DNA from: Candidatus Omnitrophota bacterium
Lineage (GTDB): Bacteria > Omnitrophota > Gorgyraeia > Aquiviventales > Aquiviventaceae
DNA length: 64,000 nucleotides
Assembly (NCBI GenBank): GCA_016180575.1
Contig: JACPAY010000007.1
Coordinates: forward strand, 1,457 to 65,456
Direction: 5' to 3'
Every line of letters starts with the position of its first letter. Within the stretch, counting starts at the first letter, position 1. Below the pieces are notes generated by a model. That model did not search any database. It worked only from the letters and a program-made list of their open reading frames with translations, and was not told the origin of the DNA. Positions 34,836-43,810 of the stretch are shown here, in pieces. The position numbers were made by a program, and so were the translations under genes.

Positions 34836-36436
34836 CCGTCACCAACCTGCGCCCTGATCTGACGCGCCACCTGAGCCAGCGGCTCGCCGCGTTCGGCGAG
34901 GGGTTCCGTCACAACCTGGCGCTCATCGGCCCGCCGGGGAGCGGCAAGACGTTCCAGCTGCACCAGCTCCTGGCGCGCTCGCCCGGCCTGACCCTCATCT
35001 ACTGCCCCCTCTACCGCGAGTCCTGCCGCAGCTTCCTCCAGCGCTTCCTCTCAGCCATCCTCCAGGCCGGCCTCCCCTCTCTCTTCCAGGCGGCCGACGG
35101 CCAGGCGAGCCACCCTCTGGACGCGCTCCTTGCGCGCGCCGAGCCCATCCTGCCGAAGACCGCGGCGGCGGTCCGCCAGGTGGAGAGCCTCCTGAGCCGC
35201 CGGCTCCACGGGGAAGCCTTCGCCCGCGCGCTGGACACGATCCCGGTGCTCCTGGAGGAGCGGCGGCAGCCGTGCCTGCTCATCCTGGATGAGTTCCTCT
35301 TCCTCGATGAGCTGGGGCTCGGACACGCCTTCCACGAGCTGGGCAAGCGCGTGATGACGTGGCCGACGACCCTCTTCATCCTGTCCAGCTCCTCGGTGCA
35401 CCGGGCGCGCATCATCCTCCGGGAGCGGCTCCAGCTCCTCTTCGGCCAGTTCGAGCTGATGCGGCTCGAGGCGCTCGACCCGAAGCAGGCCGCCGCGTGG
35501 GCGCAGCAGGAGCTGCGCGGGATCCGGGGGGCCAAGGCGATGGCCCCGTTCCTCCTCCAGTGGCTGGACGGGTATCCCTGGTACCTCACCGTGTTCCTCA
35601 AGCGCCTGAAGGAGCTGGCCGCGCTGGGCAAGACCGCGGAGCTCACCGAACCGCTGTTCCTCCAGACCGCCTGGGACCTCCTGGGCAGCGCCGAGGGGAC
35701 GCTCCACCACTGGTGCGCTTCGCGCATGGAGGCGCTGGCCGCCGGCCGATTCGGGGCGCGGGCCGCCGATGCGCTGATTCAAATCGCCGAGGGCGCCCGC
35801 ACGACCACGGAGCTCGGCAAGCGGGTGGGGCGCGGGGGGCTGTCCGAGGCGCTCGAGCTGCTGCTGGAGCATGACGCGGCCCAGCGCAACGGCACCTGCT
35901 GGATCGTCCCGGATCCCATCCTCCGCTGCTGGCTGTCCACGATCCTCTCCCCGCAGCGCGCCGACGCCCGGCCGGACGGGGCGGACATCCGCCAGCGGTT
36001 CGAGCACCACCTGCGCGCGCTCTGGACCCGCTGGATGCAGGCGCACCAGCTCTCGTTCCCGGAGCGGATCGTGGAGCTGTTCGGCAGGTTTGCCGACGAC
36101 ACGGTCTCGCTCGACTCAAAGACGGGCCGGCTGCCGAAGTTCGACGCCATCCAGACCGTGCGCCCCGACGATGCGGGATCGGATGTGTACCTCATCGCGG
36201 ACGGGCAGGGCAAGCGGTGGTGCGCCGCCGTGCGGAGCGAGCCGGCGGACGAGCGCGCCATCGCCAGTTTCGAAACGTTCTGCCACGCGCAGACCCCGAA
36301 GCCGTCCCGCAAGGTCGTCGTCATGAAGGCGGGCATGGACCAGCACATCCGGCTGCTCGCGAAGGCGGCCAACATGTGGGTCTGGGAGCCCGCCGAGCTG
36401 CACCTCCTCATGGAGCTCTATGGCCAGCACGCCTGA
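34832..36436 (+). CDS. AAA-type ATPase of unknown function (Arch_ATPase/DUF234-like)
   Basis: Track ORF, 534 aa; Walker A GPPGSGKT, Walker B LLILDEF, WIVPDPILRCWL motif and a C-terminal nuclease-fold-like region; ATGA overlap with the upstream gene. Confidence 0.5.
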   Translation: MTVTNLRPDLTRHLSQRLAAFGEGFRHNLALIGPPGSGKTFQLHQLLARSPGLTLIYCPLYRESCRSFLQRFLSAILQAGLPSLFQAADGQASHPLDALLARAEPILPKTAAAVRQVESLLSRRLHGEAFARALDTIPVLLEERRQPCLLILDEFLFLDELGLGHAFHELGKRVMTWPTTLFILSSSSVHRARIILRERLQLLFGQFELMRLEALDPKQAAAWAQQELRGIRGAKAMAPFLLQWLDGYPWYLTVFLKRLKELAALGKTAELTEPLFLQTAWDLLGSAEGTLHHWCASRMEALAAGRFGARAADALIQIAEGARTTTELGKRVGRGGLSEALELLLEHDAAQRNGTCWIVPDPILRCWLSTILSPQRADARPDGADIRQRFEHHLRALWTRWMQAHQLSFPERIVELFGRFADDTVSLDSKTGRLPKFDAIQTVRPDDAGSDVYLIADGQGKRWCAAVRSEPADERAIASFETFCHAQTPKPSRKVVVMKAGMDQHIRLLAKAANMWVWEPAELHLLMELYGQHA

Positions 36437-36914
36437 CCTCGAGCGGCTCTGGGCGCCGTGGCGCCATCAGTACCTCGTCCAGCGGGGGCCGCGCCGGTGC
36501 TTCTTCTGCGCCGCCAGGCGCTCGGCGGCCGACCGCCGGCACCGCGTGATCGCCCGCAGCCGCACGGCGTTCGCGCTGCTGAACCTGTACCCCTACAACA
36601 ACGGCCACGTCCTGATCGCGCCCTCCCGGCACGTCGCGCGCCTCGAGGGGCTGACCGTCCAGGAATGGACCGACATCCTGCGCCTGAGCCAGCGGCTCGT
36701 GCGGCGCCTGCGCGATGCCCTCGGCGCCCAGGGCTTCAACCTCGGCGCCAACCTCGGCCGGACCGCGGGCGCCGGCGTCCCCGGCCACTTCCACCTGCAC
36801 CTCGTCCCCCGGTGGCGCGGCGACACGAACTTCATGCCCGTCGTCGGAAAGACCAAGATCGTCTCCCAGTCGCTCGATGAACTCTACCGTCTCCTCACGA
36901 CTCGTCCAGCGTGA
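36420..36914 (+). CDS. HIT-family nucleotide hydrolase/transferase (Ap4A phosphorylase-like)
   Basis: Track ORF; histidine triad HFHLHLVPRW, LLNLYPYNNGHVLI. Confidence 0.8.
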   Translation: MASTPDLERLWAPWRHQYLVQRGPRRCFFCAARRSAADRRHRVIARSRTAFALLNLYPYNNGHVLIAPSRHVARLEGLTVQEWTDILRLSQRLVRRLRDALGAQGFNLGANLGRTAGAGVPGHFHLHLVPRWRGDTNFMPVVGKTKIVSQSLDELYRLLTTRPA

Positions 36915-38058
36915 CGCGCTCGAGGCCAGGGAAGAGCAGTGGCTCGCGCCCTGGGCCATGAAGAGCCGCCGCACCCGGGGGCGGCAGCACCCGGAGCCGG
37001 AGGACCCCTACCGGACGGTGTACCGACGGGACCGGGACCGCATCATCCACACGACGGCGTTCAGGCGCCTGGAGTACAAGACCCAGGTCTTCGTCAACCA
37101 CGAAGGCGACCACTACCGGACCCGGCTCACCCACACGCTGGAGGTGGCGCAGATCGCGGCCTCGATCGCCCGGATCCTCCGGCTCAACGAAGACCTCGTG
37201 GAGGCGGTCGCGCTGGCCCATGACATCGGCCACCCGCCGTTCGGCCACGCCGGCGAGGACGCCCTGCACGAGCTGATGAGCTCTCACGGCGGGTTCGACC
37301 ACAACCTCCAGGGGCTGCGCGTGGTGGACCTGCTCGAGGCGAGGTACGCCGGGTTTCCCGGCCTGAACCTGACGTGGGAGGTGCGGGAGAGCATCAACAA
37401 GCACCGCACCCCCTACGACCAGCCCGGCGTGCAGGCGGCCCTCGATCCGTCCGCATCCCCGCTCCTGGAGAGCCAGATCGCCGACGTGGCCGATGAGATC
37501 GCGTACGACAACCACGACCTTGACGACGGCCTGGCATCGGGTATCCTTAAAGAAGACGACCTGGCCGGCATCGAGCTGTGGCGGCGCGCCTGCGAGGCGG
37601 TGGACTCGCAGGGCGCGCGGCTGGACCCTGAGGTCCGGCGCTACCAGGTCATCCGGCGGCTGATCAACGAGGAGATCACGGACCTGATCCAGGCGACCGC
37701 CGAGCAGTTGAGCCGGCACGGCATCGCGTCCGTGGAGGATGTCCGGGCCTGCCCGGACCGGCTGGTCGTGTTCAGCGAGGCGATGCGGCGGCTGCGCACG
37801 CCGCTCAAGCGGCTGCTCTGGACGCAGCTCTACCACCACTACCGGGTCGCGCGGATGGCGGACAAGGCGAAGCGGTTCATCACCGAGCTCTTCCACCTCT
37901 ACCTCAAGAAGCCGGAGCAGCTCCCGAACACGACCCGTTTGCGCATCGCCCATGGCGAGGAACCGTCCCGGGTGGTCTGCGACTACATCGCGGGGATGAC
38001 CGACCGCTACTGCCTCGAGGAATACAAGAAGCTGTTCGATCCCTTTGAGCGGGTCTAA
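36877..38058 (+). CDS. dgt: dGTP triphosphohydrolase-like HD-domain protein
   Basis: In-frame ATG 36877 in track ORF 36715..38058; RRDRDRIIHTTAFRRLEYKTQVF, HYRTRLTHTLEV, HDIGHPPFGH. Confidence 0.88.
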   Translation: MNSTVSSRLVQRDALEAREEQWLAPWAMKSRRTRGRQHPEPEDPYRTVYRRDRDRIIHTTAFRRLEYKTQVFVNHEGDHYRTRLTHTLEVAQIAASIARILRLNEDLVEAVALAHDIGHPPFGHAGEDALHELMSSHGGFDHNLQGLRVVDLLEARYAGFPGLNLTWEVRESINKHRTPYDQPGVQAALDPSASPLLESQIADVADEIAYDNHDLDDGLASGILKEDDLAGIELWRRACEAVDSQGARLDPEVRRYQVIRRLINEEITDLIQATAEQLSRHGIASVEDVRACPDRLVVFSEAMRRLRTPLKRLLWTQLYHHYRVARMADKAKRFITELFHLYLKKPEQLPNTTRLRIAHGEEPSRVVCDYIAGMTDRYCLEEYKKLFDPFERV

Positions 38059-38079
38059 AAACCACTGGAGAGGCGCAGA

Positions 38080-38850
38080 ATGACCACAGAAGCACAGGGG
38101 ACCGCCAGGTTGATGCCGTGGGCGGCGCTTGCGGCGGCCGGGCTGCTGGCCATGGCGGGCTGCGCGCGCAAAAGCTCGCTCCTGCTGGAGCGCCAGGCGG
38201 TCGGCCCGATCGCCGAGGAGCCGCTGGTGGCCATGCGGGCGGCGTGGCGCCTCGAGCCCGTCATGCAGACCGAGGAGGAGCAGGGCGTCGAGGTCAACGT
38301 CAACCACGCCTCGCAGGAATACCTGACCAACTTCTTCGGCAACCGCAGCCTCTTCGGCAGCTTCGCCGGTCCAAGCCCCTACTACCCGGAGCACCTCGTG
38401 TTCTACGTGCAGATCGCCAACCGGAGCAACAAGAAGATCTATATCAACCCCGGCGAGTTCACCGTCGTCGATGACCGGGGCAACCAGTACGCCACCATCG
38501 GCGTGGACTACGTGACCGCCTTCGCGGAATCCCGCAAACCGGTCTCGAGCGCCACCCGGGGGGTCATCGAGGAGGCCCGGCCCGGCTACTTCGGCTTCAG
38601 CCTCCCGGTCGGCAGGATGTTCGCGCCCAAGTCCCAGGCCGAGTTCGCCCGCCTGAAGCAGGCGTCGCTGCAGAGCGGCTACCTCTACCCGGGTGTCATC
38701 CACGACGGCCTCATCGCGTTCTGGAACCCGGCGGAGCCGGCCACGCGCGTGCGCCTCCTGATCACCAACGTCAAGACAGACTTTGACGCCAAGGACGAGC
38801 CGCGGACAGCGCTGGAGTTCGCGTTCGACTTCACGGCGGCGCGCCAGTAG
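38080..38850 (+). CDS. hypothetical lipoprotein
   Basis: Track ORF; lipobox LLAMAGC; no family recognised (possibly a beta-sandwich domain). Confidence 0.5.
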   Translation: MTTEAQGTARLMPWAALAAAGLLAMAGCARKSSLLLERQAVGPIAEEPLVAMRAAWRLEPVMQTEEEQGVEVNVNHASQEYLTNFFGNRSLFGSFAGPSPYYPEHLVFYVQIANRSNKKIYINPGEFTVVDDRGNQYATIGVDYVTAFAESRKPVSSATRGVIEEARPGYFGFSLPVGRMFAPKSQAEFARLKQASLQSGYLYPGVIHDGLIAFWNPAEPATRVRLLITNVKTDFDAKDEPRTALEFAFDFTAARQ

Positions 38851-38885
38851 GCGCGGGCCCCGCGACACCGGTCTCCATCCTCATC

Positions 38886-41813
38886 ATGCCGCATACCGCC
38901 ACGTCCGAAGCGCTGCTCCTCGACGACCTCACCCAGGCGCAGCGCGATGCGGTCGTCCATGAGGGGGGCCCCCTCCTCATCGTGGCGGGCGCCGGGTCCG
39001 GCAAGACCACCGTCATCGCCAGGCGGATCGCCTGGCTCATCGCGGCCAAGCGGGTTCGCCCCGACGAGCTCCTCGGCCTGACCTTCACCGACAAGGCCGC
39101 CGAGGAGATGGAGGAGCGGGTCGACCTGCTGGTGCCGTACGGCTACGTCGATATCGCCCTCCACACCTTCCACGCCTTCGGCGATCAGCTCCTGCGCGAC
39201 CACGCGCTCAAGCTGGGCCTGAGCCCCCACTTCCGCGTCCTCTCGCGCGCCGAGCAGCTCGTGTTCCTGCGGCAGCACGTCTTCGAGCTGCCCCTGCGCC
39301 TCTTCCGCCCGCTCAACGACCCCGCGCGGTTCCTGGAGGCGCTCGCCGCTGTCTTCGCCAGGGCCAAGGACGAGGCGGCCGGCCCCGAGGAGTTCCTGGC
39401 CTGCGCCGAGGAGCTCACCCGCCTGGCCGGGGACTCGCCCGCGGACGACCCGCGGCGCGCGGAGGCCACCCGCGTTCGCGAGCTGGCCGAGGCCTACGCC
39501 GCCTACCAGCGGCTCCTCCGGCAGGCCGATGCGGTGGATTTCGGCGACCAGGTCTTGCTCGCCGTGCAGCTCCTCGAGCGGCACCCCGACGTCCTGGCCG
39601 CGACGCAGCGGCGCTTCCGGCACCTGCTGGTCGATGAGTTCCAGGACACGAACTACGCGCAGTTCCGCCTGCTGCAGCTGCTCGCGCCGCCGGATGCCCA
39701 TATCACCGTCGTCGCCGACGATGACCAGAGCATCTACAAGTGGCGCGGAGCCGCCATCAGCAACGTCCTGAAGTTCCTGGACCACTACGCCGGCGTGCGG
39801 ACCGTCGTGCTCACCGAGAACTTCCGCTCGAGCCAGCGCATCCTCGACTGCGCCTACCGGCTCATCCGGTTCAACGATCCCGACCGGCTCGAGGTCCGGC
39901 AGGGCATCGACAAGCGGCTCATTGCCCGCGCCGGCCGCGCGGAGGAGGAGCCCCACCTGCACGTCTTCGACACCGTCTCCGGCGAGGCGGACTGGGTGGC
40001 GCAGACGATCCGCCAGGCCATCGAAGCGGGCGCGCGGCGAGCGGCGGACTTCGCCATCCTCGTGCGCTCCAACCGGGAAGCGGACCTCTTTCTCCGCGCG
40101 CTGAACGTCGCCGGCGTGCCGTGGCAGTTCAGCGGCGCGAGCGGGCTCTTCGCGCGGGAAGAGAGCAAGCTGCTCGTCTCCTGCCTGAAGACGCTCGCCG
40201 ACCCTGACGATAGCCTGAGCTGGTACCACGTCGCCAGCTCGCCGCTCTACCGCTGCCCCATGCCCGACCTCGCGCGGGTCCTGGCCCTGGCGAGCCGGAC
40301 CAACCAGAGCTTCCGCGCCGTCCTCCGCCAGGCAGAGCAGGAGGCGGCGCCAGGCGAGGCGCTCTCCGAGGCAGGGAAGCGTCGCCTCGGCGAGCTCGCC
40401 GGCGACGTCGAACGGCTCCTGGAGCGTTCCCGCACGCTCTCCGGCGGCCAGCTGCTCTACCAATGGCTGACGGACCGAGGCTTCCTCGCCGCCTTGAGCC
40501 GCGGCGAGCGCGCCGAAGAGGCCGCCCAGCTCCAGACCGTCGCGAGGTTCTTCGACCGGCTGCGCCGGGTGGAGGAGCTGGCCGGCGGCCGCCTGCCGGA
40601 GCTCATGGCGCACCTGGAGCTCTTCCAGGCGATGGGGAACGAGCCGATCGACGAGGATGACGCGTGGGCCGACCGCGTCAACGTCCTGACGCTCCACAAG
40701 GCGAAGGGGCTGGAGTTTCCCGTCATCTTCCTCGTCGGTCTCGTCCAGGGCCGGTTCCCCACGCCGCAGCGGCACGACCCGATCGAGCTGCCGGAGGCGC
40801 TGATCAAGGACATCCTGCCGTCGGGGAACTACCACCTCCAGGAGGAGCGGCGGCTGTTCTACGTCGGGATGACGCGGGCCAAGGAGCAGCTGTACCTGAC
40901 CTGCTCGTACGATTATGGCGGCAAGACCGCCCGGAAGGTGAGCCAGTTCGTCCTGGAGGCGCTGGACCTGTCGAGCCAGAGCCCGCCCGCCAAGAAGGCG
41001 AGCGCCCGGGAACTCATCGACCGCTCAGAGACCCGCCCGCCCCTGCCGCTGGCCCCGGCGGCGCCGGGGCGTGGGCCCCTGCGCCTTGACCCGCATGGCG
41101 TGGACGATTACCTCACCTGCCCGCTCAAGTACCGCTACAGCCACATCCTGAAGATCCCGGTCCTGCGGCATCACCTGGTCGTCTACGGGGCCGCGCTGCA
41201 CAAGGCGGTGGAGACGTTCTTCAAGCGCCAGCTCCAGGGGTCCCCCATGGACGAGGCCGAGCTGCTGCGCGCGTTCGAGGCCCACTGGCGCTCCGAGGGG
41301 TTCCTGACCCGGGAGCACGAAGAGTTGCGCCTCGCCCAGGGGCGCGAGACGCTGCGGCGGTTTTTCGCCCAGCAGCGGGAAACGCCCGAGCGGCCGACGC
41401 TGATTGAGGAGCGGTTCCGGTTCCAGTTCGAGGACCTGCTGGTCGTCGGCCGCTGGGACCGGGTGGACCGGCGCGGCGATGAGGTCGTCATCATCGATTA
41501 CAAGTCGTCGGAGGTCAACGACCAGGGGGCGGCGGACCGGCGCACGCGCGAGTCGCTGCAGCTTGCCCTCTACGCCCTCGCCTGGCGCGCCCTCCACGGC
41601 CAGCCGCCGACCCGGGTCGAGCTGCGGTTCCTGGAAACCGGCGTCGTCGGACGGGCCCAGTTCTCCGACGCGGACCTGGAGCGGGCCGCCTCGCGCCTCC
41701 GGGACGCGGCCCGGGGCATCCGGGCCCAGGACTTCCATGCCCAGCCCCAGGAGTTCGCCTGCCGCTGGTGCGCCTTCCAACCGATCTGCCCGTTCGCCTT
41801 CCAGTCCCCCTGA
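38886..41813 (+). CDS. UvrD/PcrA-type superfamily 1 helicase fused to a C-terminal PD-(D/E)xK nuclease with Fe-S cysteines
   Basis: Track ORF, 975 aa; Walker A AGAGSGKT, DEFQDTN, C-terminal CPLKY…GRWDRVD…IIDYKS…QLALYA…CRWCAFQPIC. Confidence 0.85.
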   Translation: MPHTATSEALLLDDLTQAQRDAVVHEGGPLLIVAGAGSGKTTVIARRIAWLIAAKRVRPDELLGLTFTDKAAEEMEERVDLLVPYGYVDIALHTFHAFGDQLLRDHALKLGLSPHFRVLSRAEQLVFLRQHVFELPLRLFRPLNDPARFLEALAAVFARAKDEAAGPEEFLACAEELTRLAGDSPADDPRRAEATRVRELAEAYAAYQRLLRQADAVDFGDQVLLAVQLLERHPDVLAATQRRFRHLLVDEFQDTNYAQFRLLQLLAPPDAHITVVADDDQSIYKWRGAAISNVLKFLDHYAGVRTVVLTENFRSSQRILDCAYRLIRFNDPDRLEVRQGIDKRLIARAGRAEEEPHLHVFDTVSGEADWVAQTIRQAIEAGARRAADFAILVRSNREADLFLRALNVAGVPWQFSGASGLFAREESKLLVSCLKTLADPDDSLSWYHVASSPLYRCPMPDLARVLALASRTNQSFRAVLRQAEQEAAPGEALSEAGKRRLGELAGDVERLLERSRTLSGGQLLYQWLTDRGFLAALSRGERAEEAAQLQTVARFFDRLRRVEELAGGRLPELMAHLELFQAMGNEPIDEDDAWADRVNVLTLHKAKGLEFPVIFLVGLVQGRFPTPQRHDPIELPEALIKDILPSGNYHLQEERRLFYVGMTRAKEQLYLTCSYDYGGKTARKVSQFVLEALDLSSQSPPAKKASARELIDRSETRPPLPLAPAAPGRGPLRLDPHGVDDYLTCPLKYRYSHILKIPVLRHHLVVYGAALHKAVETFFKRQLQGSPMDEAELLRAFEAHWRSEGFLTREHEELRLAQGRETLRRFFAQQRETPERPTLIEERFRFQFEDLLVVGRWDRVDRRGDEVVIIDYKSSEVNDQGAADRRTRESLQLALYALAWRALHGQPPTRVELRFLETGVVGRAQFSDADLERAASRLRDAARGIRAQDFHAQPQEFACRWCAFQPICPFAFQSP

Positions 41814-41839
41814 CCGCCTAAAAATCTTTCCACGGGCTC

Positions 41840-41869
41840 TTGACGGACAGAGAAGAGGTCGGGTAATTT
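41840..41869 (+). promoter_or_regulatory. possible promoter in AT-rich island (TTGACG-17/18 nt-GTAATT/TAATTT)
   Basis: TTGACG at 41840-41845 and a weak -10 around 41863-41869, upstream of the two orphan genes. Confidence 0.3.
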
Positions 41870-41986
41870 TAAGTTGTAAGTTAAAGGTTATATGAAGTAA
41901 GTAAGAAGTTAACACGGGTCCCTCAGCCCGGATGGCCAGCCGAGCTGCCAAGGATTTGGTGGTTCGGCTATTTGTTGGAGGAAACG

Positions 41987-42268
41987 GTGGAGAGCGCATC
42001 AATGTTCCAGCGGCCGTTTTCGCATCTGAAGGGATCGCCGACTTCGCTTGAGGTCTCCGAGGCGAGGTTCAAACGGTTCCTGAAGGACCTGGAAACCTAC
42101 GAGCGGCGGTTCGTCTATGAGCGGACCCTGGATGCGTTCCTCGACCTCTACTCCTCTTGGAAAAAGCGCCATGACCCTGAGGTGAAGCTGCGCCTGGTCA
42201 TGCTCGCCTTCGAGCTGCACCGGCTGGACGGGGCCTTCCTGTGCGACCTGTCGTTCGACGACCGCTGA
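41987..42268 (+). CDS. hypothetical protein (start uncertain: TTG 41972, GTG 41987 or ATG 42002)
   Basis: Track ORF 41972..42268; GGAGG at 41977-41981 precedes GTG 41987; predicted helical; no family recognised. Confidence 0.5.
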   Translation: MESASMFQRPFSHLKGSPTSLEVSEARFKRFLKDLETYERRFVYERTLDAFLDLYSSWKKRHDPEVKLRLVMLAFELHRLDGAFLCDLSFDDR

Positions 42269-42275
42269 GCCCCTG

Positions 42276-42647
42276 ATGCGGGAAATCCTCGTGCGCAACC
42301 TCACCTCGGCCGACTGGCTCAAGCGCGATTGCGTCGTGAGCGAGCTCATGCGGCAGGGAGACTACGCCACGCGGGTGATCCGCCGCTGCACCTACCGCGT
42401 CGAGTCCCAGACCGAGCTGCCCTCGACGCACGATTCCATCCCCTGGGCGCGGAACCTGGACCCGCTCCCGCCCCGCCAGGTGTTCGTGACGAAGGACATG
42501 GATCCCGAGACGGGAGGGGAACGGGTCGTCTACAAGGTCCTCGGCCACTTCTACGTGGTCTGGGGGCGCTCGGTCTTCTGCGTCGGCTACCGCCACATCC
42601 TCGCGATGGACATCGACGCCACCGAGGAGTCAGCCTCCCTCGAGTAG
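42276..42647 (+). CDS. hypothetical protein
   Basis: Track ORF, 123 aa; no family recognised. Confidence 0.5.
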   Translation: MREILVRNLTSADWLKRDCVVSELMRQGDYATRVIRRCTYRVESQTELPSTHDSIPWARNLDPLPPRQVFVTKDMDPETGGERVVYKVLGHFYVVWGRSVFCVGYRHILAMDIDATEESASLE

Positions 42648-42664
42648 TGGTCGTGTCTCAATTT

Positions 42665-42746
42665 GGCGGGTCCTGCCGCGCCGCCACCCCGTCGGCTGTC
42701 CTCGGCCTTCGCCTGCGGGCAGGCGACGGGGTCCCCGGCTCTGCGT
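42665..42746 (+). repeat. R3 element, degenerate copy lacking intact termini
   Basis: GGCGGGTCCTGCCGCGCCGCCACCCCGTCGGCTGTCCTCGGCCTTCGCCTGCGGGCAGGCGACGGGGTCCCCGGCTCTGCGT. Confidence 0.8.
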
Positions 42747-42763
42747 TCTGTTAGATTCTCGCC

Positions 42764-43774
42764 ATGGCTCATGACCGCCTATCCGTCGCCGTCCTGGGGG
42801 ACGGCGGGTGGGGCACCACGCTCGCCATTCACCTCCACCGCCTCGGCCACCGCGTGCAGCTCTGGGGCGCGTTTCCGGACTACGTCCGGACGCTCGCGCG
42901 GCGGCGCGAGAATGTGAAGTTTCTCCCCGGCATCCCCATCCCGCGCTCCCTGCCGATCACGGCCGACCTCCCGGACGCCGTCGCGGAGGCCCGGCTCGTC
43001 ATCCTCGCCGTCCCTTCCCAATACCTCCGGCGGGTCGCCAGGCGCCTCCGGCCGTCCCTCCGGCCTGCGGCGGCCCTCCTCAGCGTGGCCAAAGGCCTGG
43101 AGCGGGGCAGCCTGAAGCGGATGTCGCAGGTCATCCATGAGGAGCTCGGCCCTGTTCGGCTCGCCGCCTTGTCCGGGCCGAACATCGCCTCGGAGATCGC
43201 CACCGGACACCCGGCCAGCTCCGTCGTCGCGTCCCACGACCCCGCGCTCGCGGCCGCCGTGCAGCGCATGCTGATGAACGAGCGGTTCCGCATCTACACC
43301 GCCGCCGATGTCGCCGGCGTGGAGCTCGGAGGGGCGCTGAAGAACCCGATTGCGATCGCCGCCGGGATTGGAGACGGACTGGGGTTCGGCGCCAACGCCA
43401 AGGCGGCCCTCATCACGCGAGGGGTGGTGGAGATGGCGCGGCTCGGCCAGGCGCTCGGCGCCAGGGAAGCGACGTTCTGGGGCTTGAGCGGTCTCGGCGA
43501 CCTCGTAACCACGTGCCTGGCCGGCCGGAACCGCTGGCTGGGCGAGCAGCTGGGACGGGGACGCCCGCTGCGTGTGGTCCTGCGTTCCACCCCGATGGTT
43601 ATCGAGGGGGTGGAGACCGCCAGGGCCGCCGCGACCCTGGGCCGCCGCCACGGCATCGAGCTGCCCATCATCGAGCAGGTGAACGCCATCCTCTTCCGCC
43701 GCCGGGCCCCCCGGCAGGCGCTCCAAGCGCTGATGCGCCGCAGCGGCAAGGCCGAGTCCGCCACCCCGCGTTGA
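42764..43774 (+). CDS. gpsA: NAD(P)H-dependent glycerol-3-phosphate dehydrogenase
   Basis: Track ORF; VAVLGDGGWGTTLA Rossmann start, LSGPNIASEIA, GALKNPIAIAAGI blocks. Confidence 0.94.
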   Translation: MAHDRLSVAVLGDGGWGTTLAIHLHRLGHRVQLWGAFPDYVRTLARRRENVKFLPGIPIPRSLPITADLPDAVAEARLVILAVPSQYLRRVARRLRPSLRPAAALLSVAKGLERGSLKRMSQVIHEELGPVRLAALSGPNIASEIATGHPASSVVASHDPALAAAVQRMLMNERFRIYTAADVAGVELGGALKNPIAIAAGIGDGLGFGANAKAALITRGVVEMARLGQALGAREATFWGLSGLGDLVTTCLAGRNRWLGEQLGRGRPLRVVLRSTPMVIEGVETARAAATLGRRHGIELPIIEQVNAILFRRRAPRQALQALMRRSGKAESATPR

Positions 43775-43800
43775 CCCTCCCGGCATCGCCCTGCTACAAT
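43771..43800 (+). promoter_or_regulatory. sigma70-type promoter for tRNA-Pro (TTGACC-18 nt-TACAAT)
   Basis: Hexamers at 43771-43776 and 43795-43800; the tRNA starts about 11 nt downstream. Confidence 0.5.
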
Positions 43801-43810
43801 GATACGCTCT

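Noticed and set aside
36877-38058. dGTPase as an anti-phage dNTP-depletion defence gene
   Set aside because: The sequence looks like the ordinary Dgt-like HD protein found in many genomes. It sits in a housekeeping context with no mobile-element or defence-island neighbours, so a defence role cannot be supported from sequence alone.
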